Part shown: in pieces, positions 33,439 through 42,812 of the stretch
How the letters are laid out: the number at the start of each line of letters is the position of its first letter
Position numbering within the stretch: the stretch's first letter is position 1
Assembly (NCBI GenBank): GCA_963777085.1
Contig: CAVZPI010000017.1
Location: forward strand, 81,615 to 145,614
Source: an uncultured Actinomycetes bacterium
GTDB lineage: Bacteria; Actinomycetota; Actinomycetes; S36-B12
Length of the DNA: 64,000 bases
Direction of reading: 5' to 3'
The notes under the pieces: generated by a model
Database searches by the model: none
What the model was told of the DNA's origin: nothing
What the model saw: only the letters and a program-made list of their open reading frames with translations
Translations under genes and position numbers: made by a program

Positions 33439-33513
33439 CCACCCGATGCCTCGTCATCCGTGGGGGTCCGGCACCCGGTGGGAACCCCCACGGATGACGA
33501 GGCATCGGGGTGG
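33439..33513. terminator. long GC-rich hairpin between convergent genes (bidirectional terminator candidate / repeat family member)
   Basis: GATGCCTCGTCATCCGTGGGGG (33445-33466) pairs perfectly with CCCCCACGGATGACGAGGCATC (33485-33506). The stem extends imperfectly to about 27 bp. Confidence 0.7.
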
Positions 33514-33519
33514 GGCGTG

Positions 33520-34185
33520 CTACTCGGTGGTCTCGTCCGCCCAGGCGGCGTGCTCGCGCCTGGCCCACGTGATCGGCACCGAGCCCGTGCGCATTCCCAG
33601 CCGCGCGGTCGCGTCGTTGAAGGCCAGGTAGGCGTGCCCGGCGACGACGACGGCCACCGCAAGCGCGAGCCAGTCGTGCACGAAGGTGGCGCCGGTGCGC
33701 AGGCTGTCGGGGAACAGACTGCTGAAGAACATCAGCGCGCCCGTCATGAGCATGACGAGGATGGCGCCCAGGGTGAAGGCGGCGTTGAGCTTCTGCCCCG
33801 CGTTGAACTTGCCGACGCGAATCCGTCCGCCGCGTCGATCACGTGAGCGCAGCCACTCCCAGTCCGCCGGCCGGAAGCGGTTGAGTCGCCCGGCGTCGTC
33901 GCGGAAGGCGGCCGACCATGCGACGGCGACCAGGAGGGGAATCGGCAGCGCGAATCCGGCCGCCTCGTGCGCCACGCGGACGACCTGGCGGTTGCCGACG
34001 CGGGCGCTGATGTCGGGAACGTAGAGGGCGGCCGCCGTGAGGAGCAGGACCCCGGTCAGGATGCCGACCGAGCGGTGCGCCCAGCGCTCGCCGCGCGAGA
34101 ACCGGACGAGGACGGACGGGCTGGCGGCCGCCCCGGCGTCGTCGGGCCACCGATCCGCCGACGGGTCGTCAGGCGACGGGCTCAT
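33520..34185 (-). CDS. cytochrome b561/MsrQ-like membrane heme protein
   Basis: Four to five transmembrane segments with conserved His residues. It lies downstream of and overlaps the Mo-oxidoreductase gene. The start is uncertain (34185 or 34218). Confidence 0.7.
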   Translation of the reverse strand: MSPSPDDPSADRWPDDAGAAASPSVLVRFSRGERWAHRSVGILTGVLLLTAAALYVPDISARVGNRQVVRVAHEAAGFALPIPLLVAVAWSAAFRDDAGRLNRFRPADWEWLRSRDRRGGRIRVGKFNAGQKLNAAFTLGAILVMLMTGALMFFSSLFPDSLRTGATFVHDWLALAVAVVVAGHAYLAFNDATARLGMRTGSVPITWARREHAAWADETTE

Positions 34186-34882
34186 CGGCACGTCCGTTCG
34201 ACGATCCGACCCACGCATCGACGTCGTAGCCGAGGTTCTCCCAGTAGCCCGGCTGCACCGTGCGGGTCAGCGAGATGCCGGAGAGCCACTTGATCGACTT
34301 GTACCCGTACATCGGCGCCACCAGCAGTCGCACGGGCGCCCCGTGCTCGACCTCGATCGGCGCGCCGAGCATCGACGTGGCCACGAGCACGTCGTCGCGT
34401 CTGGCCTGGTCGAGGGTCAGCGACTCGGTGTACTCGCCGTCGAAGGAGCTGAAGGCGACGGCCGCGGCGGCCGGTTCGATCTCGACCACCGCGAGCAGGT
34501 CGCGCAGCAGCACCCCCGACCACGGCACGTCGTCGACCCGCCAGCCGGTCACGCACTGGAAGTCCTTCGTCAGGCCCGTCTGCGGCAGCGCGGCGAGGTC
34601 GGCGAGGCTGAGCGACAGGCTCGTGCCGACCATGCCGTCGATGGCGAGCCGGTAGGCGGCGGCATCGACGGACGGGTACCCGTCCGTCACCGTGTAGATG
34701 CGGAAGCCGCCGGCAGCCGGCAGCACCCCCGCCAGGCCGGGCGCCGTGGCGGCGACCACGTCGCTCACGCCCTGCGAGAGCCAGCGGCCGGCGGCGACGC
34801 CGAGCACGCCGAGGCCGACCATGCCGAGCACGACGCGGCGCCCGACGGGCGTGCCGCGCTCGATCTCGTCCTGGCTGGTCAT
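34169..34882 (-). CDS. molybdopterin-dependent oxidoreductase (sulfite oxidase/MsrP-like)
   Basis: Motifs FQCVTGW and KSIKWL are typical of the oxidoreductase molybdopterin-binding domain. The N-terminal segment is RR-containing and hydrophobic. Confidence 0.8.
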   Translation of the reverse strand: MTSQDEIERGTPVGRRVVLGMVGLGVLGVAAGRWLSQGVSDVVAATAPGLAGVLPAAGGFRIYTVTDGYPSVDAAAYRLAIDGMVGTSLSLSLADLAALPQTGLTKDFQCVTGWRVDDVPWSGVLLRDLLAVVEIEPAAAAVAFSSFDGEYTESLTLDQARRDDVLVATSMLGAPIEVEHGAPVRLLVAPMYGYKSIKWLSGISLTRTVQPGYWENLGYDVDAWVGSSNGRADEPVA

Positions 34883-35023
34883 ACGCTCATGGGAACACAG
34901 ATTCGGGCAGCCGGCGACCTCGCACGCCTTGCGGCTTCGTTGGGTCAGGTCGTGATGCCGAACGGTCCTGCAGGCGATCCTCGTCGGGTCGTGGCCGGGT
35001 CAACAGGACGAAGGGCGAGTCGG

Positions 35024-35503
35024 ATGCGCGACTGGACGAGCGGCGGCGCTCGCATGCTGACGCTGCTCCTGCTCGCCCCGGCGCTCGCCTCCTGCGCGGC
35101 AGGTCTGGCGGAGCCCGCCGCGACGGGACTCGGCTCCTCGCGCGCGGCCCTCGACGCGCTGACCTCGCTCGGGATCGACTGCGCCGACTTCAGCGTCGAG
35201 GAGGTCACCGCGGTGCCGTTCACGCAGATCCGCTGTCCGGGGCTCGGGATCGACTGGTTCGCCGATGCCACGGCGTACGAGGCGGCCGTGGCGGCGGACT
35301 GCCTCGCCGTGCCCCCCGACCGACGAGCCGGGCTGGCGGACATCGTGATCGTGGTCGGGCCGGACTTCGTGCTGCGCGGCAACGGCGAAGGCGACGTCAA
35401 CGCTTGGCCGGTCGTGCTCGATCCGAGCGCCGCGGCGGCGCACCTGTCCGGCAGGCGCCAGAGCGCCGCGGACTACTGCACGAGCCTCGGCGCCTGGCAG
35501 TAG
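35024..35503 (+). CDS. putative lipoprotein
   Basis: Signal peptide with lipobox LLLLAPALASC. Alternative start at 35054. Confidence 0.65.
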   Translation: MRDWTSGGARMLTLLLLAPALASCAAGLAEPAATGLGSSRAALDALTSLGIDCADFSVEEVTAVPFTQIRCPGLGIDWFADATAYEAAVAADCLAVPPDRRAGLADIVIVVGPDFVLRGNGEGDVNAWPVVLDPSAAAAHLSGRRQSAADYCTSLGAWQ

Positions 35504-35547
35504 CCGGGGCTACCGGGTGCGGCCGCGGACGCCGGCGAGCCGGCACC

Positions 35548-36108
35548 TCACGCCTCGCACATGGCGAGCAGCGTTGTCACCGTCGCCCAGTTGCGGCCGG
35601 TGCCGGTCACCGGAGCGGTGCGTCCGCGCGTGGTCATGGCCTTGGCGAGCTCGCTGGTGCCGAAGCCCTCCGGCGTGTGCAGGTAGACGGTGCGCCCGTC
35701 GATCGTGACGTCGTCGCGGCTGCCCTTGGCCCGGACGGACGCGACGAGCTCGGCGATGCGCGTGCGGGCGGCGGCATCGGGCTCGGACCGCTGGAAGATC
35801 GCGTGCAGCCGGCGGTGGTCGGCCTCGTCGGGGTACGGGTTGGCGGCGACTACCGCGGCCAGGGCGTCGGAGTCGAGCACCACGGTGTCGATATTCAGGC
35901 CGAAGTGGTCGAGGATGGCCGCCTGGATGCCGTCGGCCAGCGAATCGGAATCCACCGGCTCGGCGTCGAGCAGCACGTTGCCGCTGGCGATGTACGTGCG
36001 CGCTCCGGGCAGCCCGGCGCCGGCGAGAGCCGATCGCAGCTCGGCCATGGGCAGCCTGTTGCTGCCGCCGACGTTGATCCCGCGCAGGAGCGCGACATAG
36101 GTGGTCAC
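35548..36108 (-). CDS. DUF1697 domain protein
   Basis: The N-terminus MTTYVALLRGINVGGSNRLPMAELR is the DUF1697 signature. Confidence 0.8.
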   Translation of the reverse strand: MTTYVALLRGINVGGSNRLPMAELRSALAGAGLPGARTYIASGNVLLDAEPVDSDSLADGIQAAILDHFGLNIDTVVLDSDALAAVVAANPYPDEADHRRLHAIFQRSEPDAAARTRIAELVASVRAKGSRDDVTIDGRTVYLHTPEGFGTSELAKAMTTRGRTAPVTGTGRNWATVTTLLAMCEA

Positions 36109-36182
36109 GGGCCCATCCTGCTACGCGTCCCCGACACCGCACCGCCGTTCGCCCGACCGCTCGCGTCGCTGCGCCCCAGGTA

Positions 36183-36920
36183 CTAGCCGCGGCGGCGGGC
36201 GATCCAGGTCGCGCGCAGCGTGCCGGCACCGGCGGGCGCGGGCGTGTACTCGTCGACGACCCCCGTCAGGTCGAAGCCGGCCGCCTGGAGGGCAGCACGG
36301 ACCTCGTCGTCGCTGTGGAAGTACTGCAGGTGCCGCTCGCTGAACGGCTCGCCGGAGCGGGCCTGGGTGACCTCGATGCGGGCGTCGCACGTGCGGGCCT
36401 CGTGGTCGACGACGCTGTGGATGACGTACTGGTTGCCGTCGTCCTCGCCCGCGATCGCCGGGTTGGCCGCCGCGAGCGCCAGCATGGCGTCGGTGTGCAG
36501 GTCGAAGACCAGCCAGCCATCGGGTCGGATCCGGTCGGCGATCGCCGACAGGGACAGGCACAGGTCGCCGGGCGTGAGGTAGTTGAGGCCGTCGAACGTG
36601 GAGATTGCGGCGTCGAAGATCCCGTCGACCGGCAGGTCGGGGAGGGTGGCCCGCACGAGGCCGGCGTCCGGGCCGAGCAGGCTGCGCGCACGGGCGAGCA
36701 TCGCCCCCGACGCGTCGACGCCGAGCAGGCGATAGCCCCTGCCGATGAGCTCGGCGGCCAGCAGGCCGGTGCCGCAGCAGATGTCGAGCACGCTGCGCAC
36801 GCCCGCCTCGTCGCGGGCCCACAGGCCGTCGAGGAAGCCCGCCCACAACGGAAAGCAGGGGTCCACGACGATCTCGTCGTAGACCCCTGCCAGCCGTGAG
36901 TAGGCCTCGACCTCGCTCAC
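36183..36920 (-). CDS. class I SAM-dependent methyltransferase
   Basis: VLDICCGTGLL SAM motif. Confidence 0.8.
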   Translation of the reverse strand: MSEVEAYSRLAGVYDEIVVDPCFPLWAGFLDGLWARDEAGVRSVLDICCGTGLLAAELIGRGYRLLGVDASGAMLARARSLLGPDAGLVRATLPDLPVDGIFDAAISTFDGLNYLTPGDLCLSLSAIADRIRPDGWLVFDLHTDAMLALAAANPAIAGEDDGNQYVIHSVVDHEARTCDARIEVTQARSGEPFSERHLQYFHSDDEVRAALQAAGFDLTGVVDEYTPAPAGAGTLRATWIARRRG

Positions 36921-36934
36921 GGGATGCCCGTCGC

Positions 36935-37204
36935 TCAGATGCCGAGGACCTTGGCCTTGGCAGCCGCGAACTCCTCGTCGGAGAGCACTCCCTGGGTGTG
37001 AAGGGCGGCCAGGTTCTGCAGCTGCGTCATCTGGTCGTCCTGGACGGGCTCGGCGGCCGGGGCCGCCGCGACCGGTGCCGGAGCTGCCGCCTCCTGCTGC
37101 TTCGCAGCGTGCTTGTCGGCCTGGCGGTAGGCGACGCGGCTGGAGACCGCGGTGGCGGTTCCGGCCACGACCGCGGTACGTGCTGCCATGCGCATGAGTC
37201 CCAT
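36935..37204 (-). CDS. SHOCT domain protein
   Basis: C-terminal motif LAALHTQGVLSDEEFAAAKAKVLG. Confidence 0.7.
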   Translation of the reverse strand: MGLMRMAARTAVVAGTATAVSSRVAYRQADKHAAKQQEAAAPAPVAAAPAAEPVQDDQMTQLQNLAALHTQGVLSDEEFAAAKAKVLGI

Positions 37205-37241
37205 GTGTGCTGCCTCTCAGTCGGTGGAACGCAAGGGTGGA

Positions 37242-37655
37242 TCAGGCGGTGATGACGGCCTCGACGACGTCGGCCGGGATGCGGACGGTGTCGATGACGA
37301 AGGCGTCGGCGCTCTGGAGCGCGGAGACGATCTTCTCCGCCCAGCGGTTCTCGAAGGCGATGAGCATCGCCGCGCTGTTGAGCGGCAGGTCCTCGCTGAC
37401 CTCGTCGGCATCCTCGGGGCCGAGGGCTCCGGGCTGGGCGATGTCGATGGCCATGAAGCCCGCGCCGGTCTCGGCGTCGAGATCGCCGATCTCGAGGGTG
37501 GTGACGACGCCGTCGGCGTCCTTCATGATGAAGGTGATGTCGAGGACGCGAATCGTGCCGTTCTCCACCTGCTCCAGGATCGCCGGGGCGATCTGCCCGG
37601 TGAACCTGTTGCCGGGAAAGCCGATGATGTAGACGTCGACGGGACCGACTGCCAT
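37242..37655 (-). CDS. small conserved protein (DUF1269/DUF6325-like)
   Basis: MAVGPVDVYIIGFPGNRFTGQIAPAIL... Start chosen at the internal ATG preceded by GAGGAA. Confidence 0.55.
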   Translation of the reverse strand: MAVGPVDVYIIGFPGNRFTGQIAPAILEQVENGTIRVLDITFIMKDADGVVTTLEIGDLDAETGAGFMAIDIAQPGALGPEDADEVSEDLPLNSAAMLIAFENRWAEKIVSALQSADAFVIDTVRIPADVVEAVITA

Positions 37656-37794
37656 GGGTTCCTCCTTGTCGAGGCCCCGCATTCCTCCCGGTGAAGCCCC
37701 GGGCGCGCGACCGCCTTGCTCGCAGGCTAGCAGGGAGTTTGCGACGATTCGCTCCGATGTGGTGGCTCGTCACGAGCCTTCGTGGGGCGCAATC

Positions 37795-38700
37795 TCAAGG
37801 TCGGCGGAGTCCGGATGCTCGCCCGGCAGTCTCGACTTTCGTCGGCGCAGACGGGCGGGATCGCAGGAGCCCGAGCGCCTCGCCCACGACGACGGCCTGC
37901 TGCCGATCCCGTACGTCAAGGGCGCGGTAGATGGCCAGTGACTCGGCACGCACCGTCGAGTCGCTGAACCTGATGCGAGCGGCGATCTGGCGGTTCGTCA
38001 GGTTCCGGGCCATCAACCGGAGGATCGCCACCTGGCGGGCAGTGAGGTGGACGGAGTCGGGGATCGGCGGCCGACCGCCCGGGTGGGGGTCGGGATCCAG
38101 CGCCGGACGCGATCGGGCGCCCGCGAGGTAGACGGCGAGGACGTCCGCGGCGCCATCCATCCATCGGCCGACGAGAGCCGGCTCGGCACGCCGCGCCAGG
38201 AAGAGGACCAGCACGCCGACCGGGTCAGCAGGCACGCCGAGCGGCCACGCGGCCATCGGCCGCCCTGCCGGACTCTCCTCGTCGGTCCACAGCACTTCGT
38301 GGTTGCCGATAGCGGCGGCCGAGATGTCGCTGATGACCGACCGAAGTGCCTGGGATCCCTGGGCGCAATCCCAGTCCGCCACCTGATCCACGTACTGCGC
38401 CAGGACCTCGAAGTGGTCATGCCGCGTCCGTGACACGATCACGGCGCCCTCGGCCTTGATCGGCCAGCACAGCGCCACCAGGAAGCGTGTCACGTCGGCC
38501 AGATCCGGCCCCCCGGCCAGGTAGCGGGCCAGGGTCAGCGCCGCCAGCTCGCGTGCTCCGTCATCCCTGCGGCGTCCGCGCGGGGGGTGGCTCGACTCCG
38601 GTCGGCCCGGGACGCTTGCTAGCTCGAACACCGCACCTCCCCCGAGGTCGTGCCCACCTGATCCCGGCCGTTCGACCGTCCCGGCGGAAGGCCGAGCCAA
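37795..38700 (-). CDS. LuxR-family transcriptional regulator with uncharacterised N-terminal sensor region
   Basis: C-terminal HTH LTARQVAILRLMARNLTNRQIAARIRFSDSTVRAESLAIYRAL. Transcribed divergently from the glycosyltransferase cassette. Confidence 0.75.
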   Translation of the reverse strand: MARPSAGTVERPGSGGHDLGGGAVFELASVPGRPESSHPPRGRRRDDGARELAALTLARYLAGGPDLADVTRFLVALCWPIKAEGAVIVSRTRHDHFEVLAQYVDQVADWDCAQGSQALRSVISDISAAAIGNHEVLWTDEESPAGRPMAAWPLGVPADPVGVLVLFLARRAEPALVGRWMDGAADVLAVYLAGARSRPALDPDPHPGGRPPIPDSVHLTARQVAILRLMARNLTNRQIAARIRFSDSTVRAESLAIYRALDVRDRQQAVVVGEALGLLRSRPSAPTKVETAGRASGLRRP

Positions 38701-38806
38701 GATAGCCGCAGTATGGCACCGTCGCCGTGCGCTGGCGCGATGGGCGCAAGCCCGTGAGGAGGTCAGGGTCGCCCCCGGCCCGGCTCACCGTGACGACGGG
38801 GCGCGA

Positions 38807-38841
38807 TGGCCATTGGATGGCCAATGGCCGGCCAATTGGCA
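38807..38841. promoter_or_regulatory. cluster of three GGCCA(A/T)TGG motifs in the LuxR/GT4 divergent intergenic region
   Basis: TGGCCATTGGATGGCCAATGGCCGGCCAATTGGCA. CCATTGG and CCAATGG form an inverted repeat, and GCCAATTGGC is itself palindromic. It is an AT-richer patch in GC-rich DNA. Confidence 0.45.
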
Positions 38842-38972
38842 CCTCCGGGTTGAACGGTCGCCCGGGTGCGTTCTCTACTGATGGAGCCTGCCCGGCCAAG
38901 GCGGCTGATCGGCGTCGGAACGTGGCACCCCTCGCAGACACCGATCCGGTGGAGGCGAAAGGGGAGGGCGCC

Positions 38973-40154
38973 ATGAGGAACGCAGTTGCCCGGTCCGCAT
39001 TCGACCCCGGCACGACCGGCTTGCGGATCTCGATGCTCAGCACCTATCCACCCACCATCTGCGGGCTGGCCACGTTCTCCTCCGCCCTCGAGCGCTCGCT
39101 GGTCGAGGGCGGCCACACCGTCAGCATCGTGCGCGTGGACGACGGCAGCCTGGAGAGCTCGTGCGGCCGCGACGTCGCCGGAGTGCTGGTGAACGGCTCG
39201 GCCTCCTCCGTGCACAAGGCTGCGGCGGTGCTGTCGCGCGCCGACGTTGCGGTGATCCAGCACGAGTACGGGATCTTCGGCGGCGCGGACGGCGAGGAGA
39301 TCCTCGACGTCGTCCGGGAGATCCAGGTCCCGGTGGTCGTGGTCCTGCACACCGTGCCCGACCGGCCGACACCGAACCAGACGCGCATCATGGAGGAGCT
39401 CTGCGCTCTCGCCTCCCGGGTCGTCGTGCTCACCCGCTGCGCACGCGACCGGCTGCTCAGCGGATTCGAGGTCGCGGCCGACAAGGTGGTGACGATCCCG
39501 CACGGAGCGCTGCTGGCGGCCGACCTCGGCGCCAGCCACCTGAACCTGAGCCGACCGCATCCGCAGCTGCTCAGCTGGGGGCTGCTCGGCCCCGGCAAGG
39601 GCATCGAGAACGTGATAGACGCGCTCGCCGCTCTGCACGCCGAAGGGACGTCGGTGCGCTACACGGTATCGGGCATGACGCATCCGAAGGTGGTGTCCAG
39701 ACGCGGGGAGGAGTACCGGAACTCCCTCGTCGAGCGCGCCCGCCGGCATGGGCTGGCGCAGCTGGTCGACTTCGATCAGGCCTACCGCAGCCCGGCCGCG
39801 CTGACGCGCTTCATCGCCCAGAGCTCGGCGGTGGTCCTGCCGTACGACTCGACCGACCAGGTGGTGTCCGGGGTCCTGGTCGACAGCATCGCGGCCGGTC
39901 GCCCCGTCATCGCCACCGCGTTCCCGCATGCCGTCGAACTGCTCAGCGACGGGGCCGGGATCGTCGTTCCGCACGGTGACCCCGACGCGCTCCTCGAGGC
40001 CATCCGCAGAGTCGTCGAGGACGATCGGCTGCACTGGTCGATGGTCGACCGGGCACGGCAGCTGGCGTCGATGCACAGCTGGAGCGCTGTGGGTCGGCGA
40101 TACGCGACCGAGATGATGCAGCTGCGGCGCGAGCGGCATGCGGTATCGGCATGA
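38973..40154 (+). CDS. GT4 family glycosyltransferase (cassette 1)
   Basis: N-terminus ...MLSTYPPTICGLATFSSAL, IQHEYGIFGG, and a C-terminal GT-B region. RBS AAAGGGGAGGG upstream of ATG 38973. Confidence 0.85.
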   Translation: MRNAVARSAFDPGTTGLRISMLSTYPPTICGLATFSSALERSLVEGGHTVSIVRVDDGSLESSCGRDVAGVLVNGSASSVHKAAAVLSRADVAVIQHEYGIFGGADGEEILDVVREIQVPVVVVLHTVPDRPTPNQTRIMEELCALASRVVVLTRCARDRLLSGFEVAADKVVTIPHGALLAADLGASHLNLSRPHPQLLSWGLLGPGKGIENVIDALAALHAEGTSVRYTVSGMTHPKVVSRRGEEYRNSLVERARRHGLAQLVDFDQAYRSPAALTRFIAQSSAVVLPYDSTDQVVSGVLVDSIAAGRPVIATAFPHAVELLSDGAGIVVPHGDPDALLEAIRRVVEDDRLHWSMVDRARQLASMHSWSAVGRRYATEMMQLRRERHAVSA

Positions 40155-41308
40155 CCGCCGTCTGGTCCTATCGGCTGCAGCACCTGGACCGCCTGAGCAC
40201 CGATCGAGGGATCCTGGAGCACGCCAAGGGCACGACGCCGCGGATGGACTGCGGCTACTGCACCGACGACAACGCCCGGATGCTCGTGGTCCTGAGCCGG
40301 GAGCCTGACGAGGGCATCGCCTTCCGGCTGAGCCGGCTGGCACTCGACTTCGTCCTGGCGGCCCAGAACGACGCGGGGCGGGTGCACAACCGGTTCTCCT
40401 TCGACGGCTACTGGCGCTGGACCGACGAGGCCGGCACGGAGGACTGCTGGGGAAGGGCCGTCTGGGGGCTGGGGGTGGCAGCCGCCACGCATCCGCACGG
40501 CGGCGTGCGGACGGTCGCGCGCTGGGCCTTCGACAGGAGTGCGCGCCAGCGGTCGCCCTGGCGGCGGTCGATGGCCTTCGCCGCCCTCGGTGCCGCCGAC
40601 CTGCTCGTTGCCGATCCTGGGTGCGACGTGGCCCGGGGGCTGCTGTCCGACGCGATGTTCGACCTCATCCCCCCGGAAGGGATGTCGGACGTGTGGCCGG
40701 AGGGCAGGCTCGCGTACGCGAACGGCGCCATCGCCGAGGCCGTGATCGCCGGAGGGGCCGCCCTCGGCGCCCCGCTCGTGGTGCAGCGTGGGCTCTCGAT
40801 GCTGGCGTGGCTGATGGACGTGCAGACCCGTGACGGGCACCTGTCCGTCGTCGGCGTCGGCGGGAGGGCTCGTGACGATCGATCCGTCCAGTTCGACCAG
40901 CAGCCGATCGAGGTGGCGGCCCTTGCCGACGCCTGCTGGCGGGCCTGGCTGCTGACCGGCCATCGGCGGTGGCTGGACGGCGTGGCATCGGCTGCGGCCT
41001 GGTTCCACGGTGCGAACGATGCCGGCGTGCCCATGATCGACGAGACGTCCGGCGGGAGTTGCGACGGACTGCAGCCAGGCGGCCGCAATGCGAACCAGGG
41101 TGCCGAGTCCACGCTGGCACTCGTCTCGACCATGCAGCGTGCCACATGCCTGCTACCGTGGCGAGCAGCCGGCATCCGGGCGTCCGGCGGGACGTCAGCG
41201 GTGTCGAGGTCGGGGGCTTCGCTCGCCTTCGCCGCGCGGATCTCGCAGGCACGCACGGCCAGCTGGCGGTCCGTCTCCTACTCGCGAGCCGATCCGGGCA
41301 GCAACTGA
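40151..41308 (+). CDS. conserved hypothetical protein (cassette 1, middle gene)
   Basis: ATGA overlap with the GT4 gene. Paralog of 45185-46203, sharing the motifs GYCTDDNAR/GFCLDDVAR, WGRAVWGLG/WGRAIWGLG, FDQQPIEV and GAESTLA. Confidence 0.7.
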   Translation: MTAVWSYRLQHLDRLSTDRGILEHAKGTTPRMDCGYCTDDNARMLVVLSREPDEGIAFRLSRLALDFVLAAQNDAGRVHNRFSFDGYWRWTDEAGTEDCWGRAVWGLGVAAATHPHGGVRTVARWAFDRSARQRSPWRRSMAFAALGAADLLVADPGCDVARGLLSDAMFDLIPPEGMSDVWPEGRLAYANGAIAEAVIAGGAALGAPLVVQRGLSMLAWLMDVQTRDGHLSVVGVGGRARDDRSVQFDQQPIEVAALADACWRAWLLTGHRRWLDGVASAAAWFHGANDAGVPMIDETSGGSCDGLQPGGRNANQGAESTLALVSTMQRATCLLPWRAAGIRASGGTSAVSRSGASLAFAARISQARTASWRSVSYSRADPGSN

Positions 41309-41321
41309 GGGAGCAAGGCAC

Positions 41322-42791
41322 ATGATCACGTCCGAGATCGCGACGGTGAGCACCATTGACCTGCGCCCTGACCCTTCGCGGGTCATCCTCAGGCCGTTCA
41401 TTCCGGGCCTTGAGAATGTGAGTCCGGCCGGCTCCCGCGCCGGCTCGGTCATCGATCGCGTCCTGAGCATGGACGAGTCGACGGTGACCGTGACCCTGGC
41501 CGAGCTCACGACGAGGTTCGGCGATCGGCACCGCGACCTGGCCACCGTGTTCGAGCGGAACGCGGAGCTGGTGGCGGTCTACCTGCCCCCCGGCGCGAGG
41601 ATCAGTGCCATCAAGATGCGCCTGCTCGGCGCCTACTTCACGCACGAGTTCTCCATCGAGGGCGCGGCGCTTGCGAACCCGTCGATCGTGCCGTACCCGC
41701 TGCCGTCCTCGACCGGGGGAACGCAGTTCGTCATGAGCGTCCGGTGCATCGGCGAGGGCCATCGCTCGTCGATCGGATTCCGGGCCGGCACCGTGGGCGC
41801 CGACGGTTCGGTGACGATAGACCCGCCCTCCCGATACGCGGCCTCTGCTTCGGGCGGCTCAGGAATCCACCACCGGAACGCGTTCCACGCGAAGCTGGCC
41901 CACCTCGGGCACGGCACCGAGGAAGTCTCCGAGATGCTCTCGATGCTGCCGCCCACGTTCGTGGACTCCGACCTCACGTCGGTACTGGCCGAACTGGCGT
42001 CAGACGCCCCGCGCATCACCGACGAGCTGGTGGCCCATGCGACCGACATCTCGAAGTGGTCGTACCAGGTGTCCTTCCCGGAGGAGAGCGACGTCTCCGA
42101 GCGCGTGCTCTGGCCGCATGCTCCGCCCGAGTACCACGGCATGGAGGACGCCCGCTTCGTGCGCTTCGAGCACGAGGACGGCCGCGTCTCCTATCTCGCC
42201 ACCTACACCGCATACGACCGCAGCAACATCTCCTTGCAGTTGCTGGAGACCACGGACTTCCTGAACTTCTCCAGCTCGCCGATCGGAGGCGCCGCGGCAA
42301 CGGGCAAGGGCCTGGCCATCTTCCCGCGCACGGTGGGTGGGCGCTTCGCCGCGCTGACGAGGTCGGACAGGGAGAGCAACGGGGTCGCCTTCTCGGACGA
42401 CCTGCGCCGCTGGTCGACCACGGAGCTGGTGGAGGTGCCGCAGGAGCCCTGGGAGCTGATCCAGCTGGGCAACTGCGGATCGCCGATCGAGACGGAATAC
42501 GGGTGGCTCGTGCTCACGCATGGCGTGGGTCCCATGCGCACCTACTCCATCGGCGCGCTGCTGCTGGATCTAGAGCGCCCGTCGAGGCCGTTGGCGCGCA
42601 TGACGACACCGCTTCTCGTTCCGGACCGCGAGCGCATGGACGGCTACGTGCCGAATGTGCTCTACACCTGCGGGGCGATGGCCGTCGGCGACACCCTCGT
42701 CATGCCCTTCGGCATCGGCGATCAGAGGATCGGCCTGGCCACCGTCTCCATCGAGGAGCTCGTGCACTCGATGAAGGCGTTCCCGGCCTGA
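41322..42791 (+). CDS. GH130-like glycosidase/glycoside phosphorylase with about 250-aa N-terminal extension (cassette 1)
   Basis: C-terminal half: MEDARFVRF...YLATYTAYD...GLAIFPR...GNCGSPIETEYGWLVLTHGVGPMRTYSIGALLLDL...GYVPNVLYTCG. This is the 5-bladed propeller family (GH130/DUF377) as I recognise it. RBS GAGGGAG. Confidence 0.8.
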   Translation: MITSEIATVSTIDLRPDPSRVILRPFIPGLENVSPAGSRAGSVIDRVLSMDESTVTVTLAELTTRFGDRHRDLATVFERNAELVAVYLPPGARISAIKMRLLGAYFTHEFSIEGAALANPSIVPYPLPSSTGGTQFVMSVRCIGEGHRSSIGFRAGTVGADGSVTIDPPSRYAASASGGSGIHHRNAFHAKLAHLGHGTEEVSEMLSMLPPTFVDSDLTSVLAELASDAPRITDELVAHATDISKWSYQVSFPEESDVSERVLWPHAPPEYHGMEDARFVRFEHEDGRVSYLATYTAYDRSNISLQLLETTDFLNFSSSPIGGAAATGKGLAIFPRTVGGRFAALTRSDRESNGVAFSDDLRRWSTTELVEVPQEPWELIQLGNCGSPIETEYGWLVLTHGVGPMRTYSIGALLLDLERPSRPLARMTTPLLVPDRERMDGYVPNVLYTCGAMAVGDTLVMPFGIGDQRIGLATVSIEELVHSMKAFPA

Positions 42792-42812
42792 GCCGACTCC
42801 CGGTGCAGGGCG

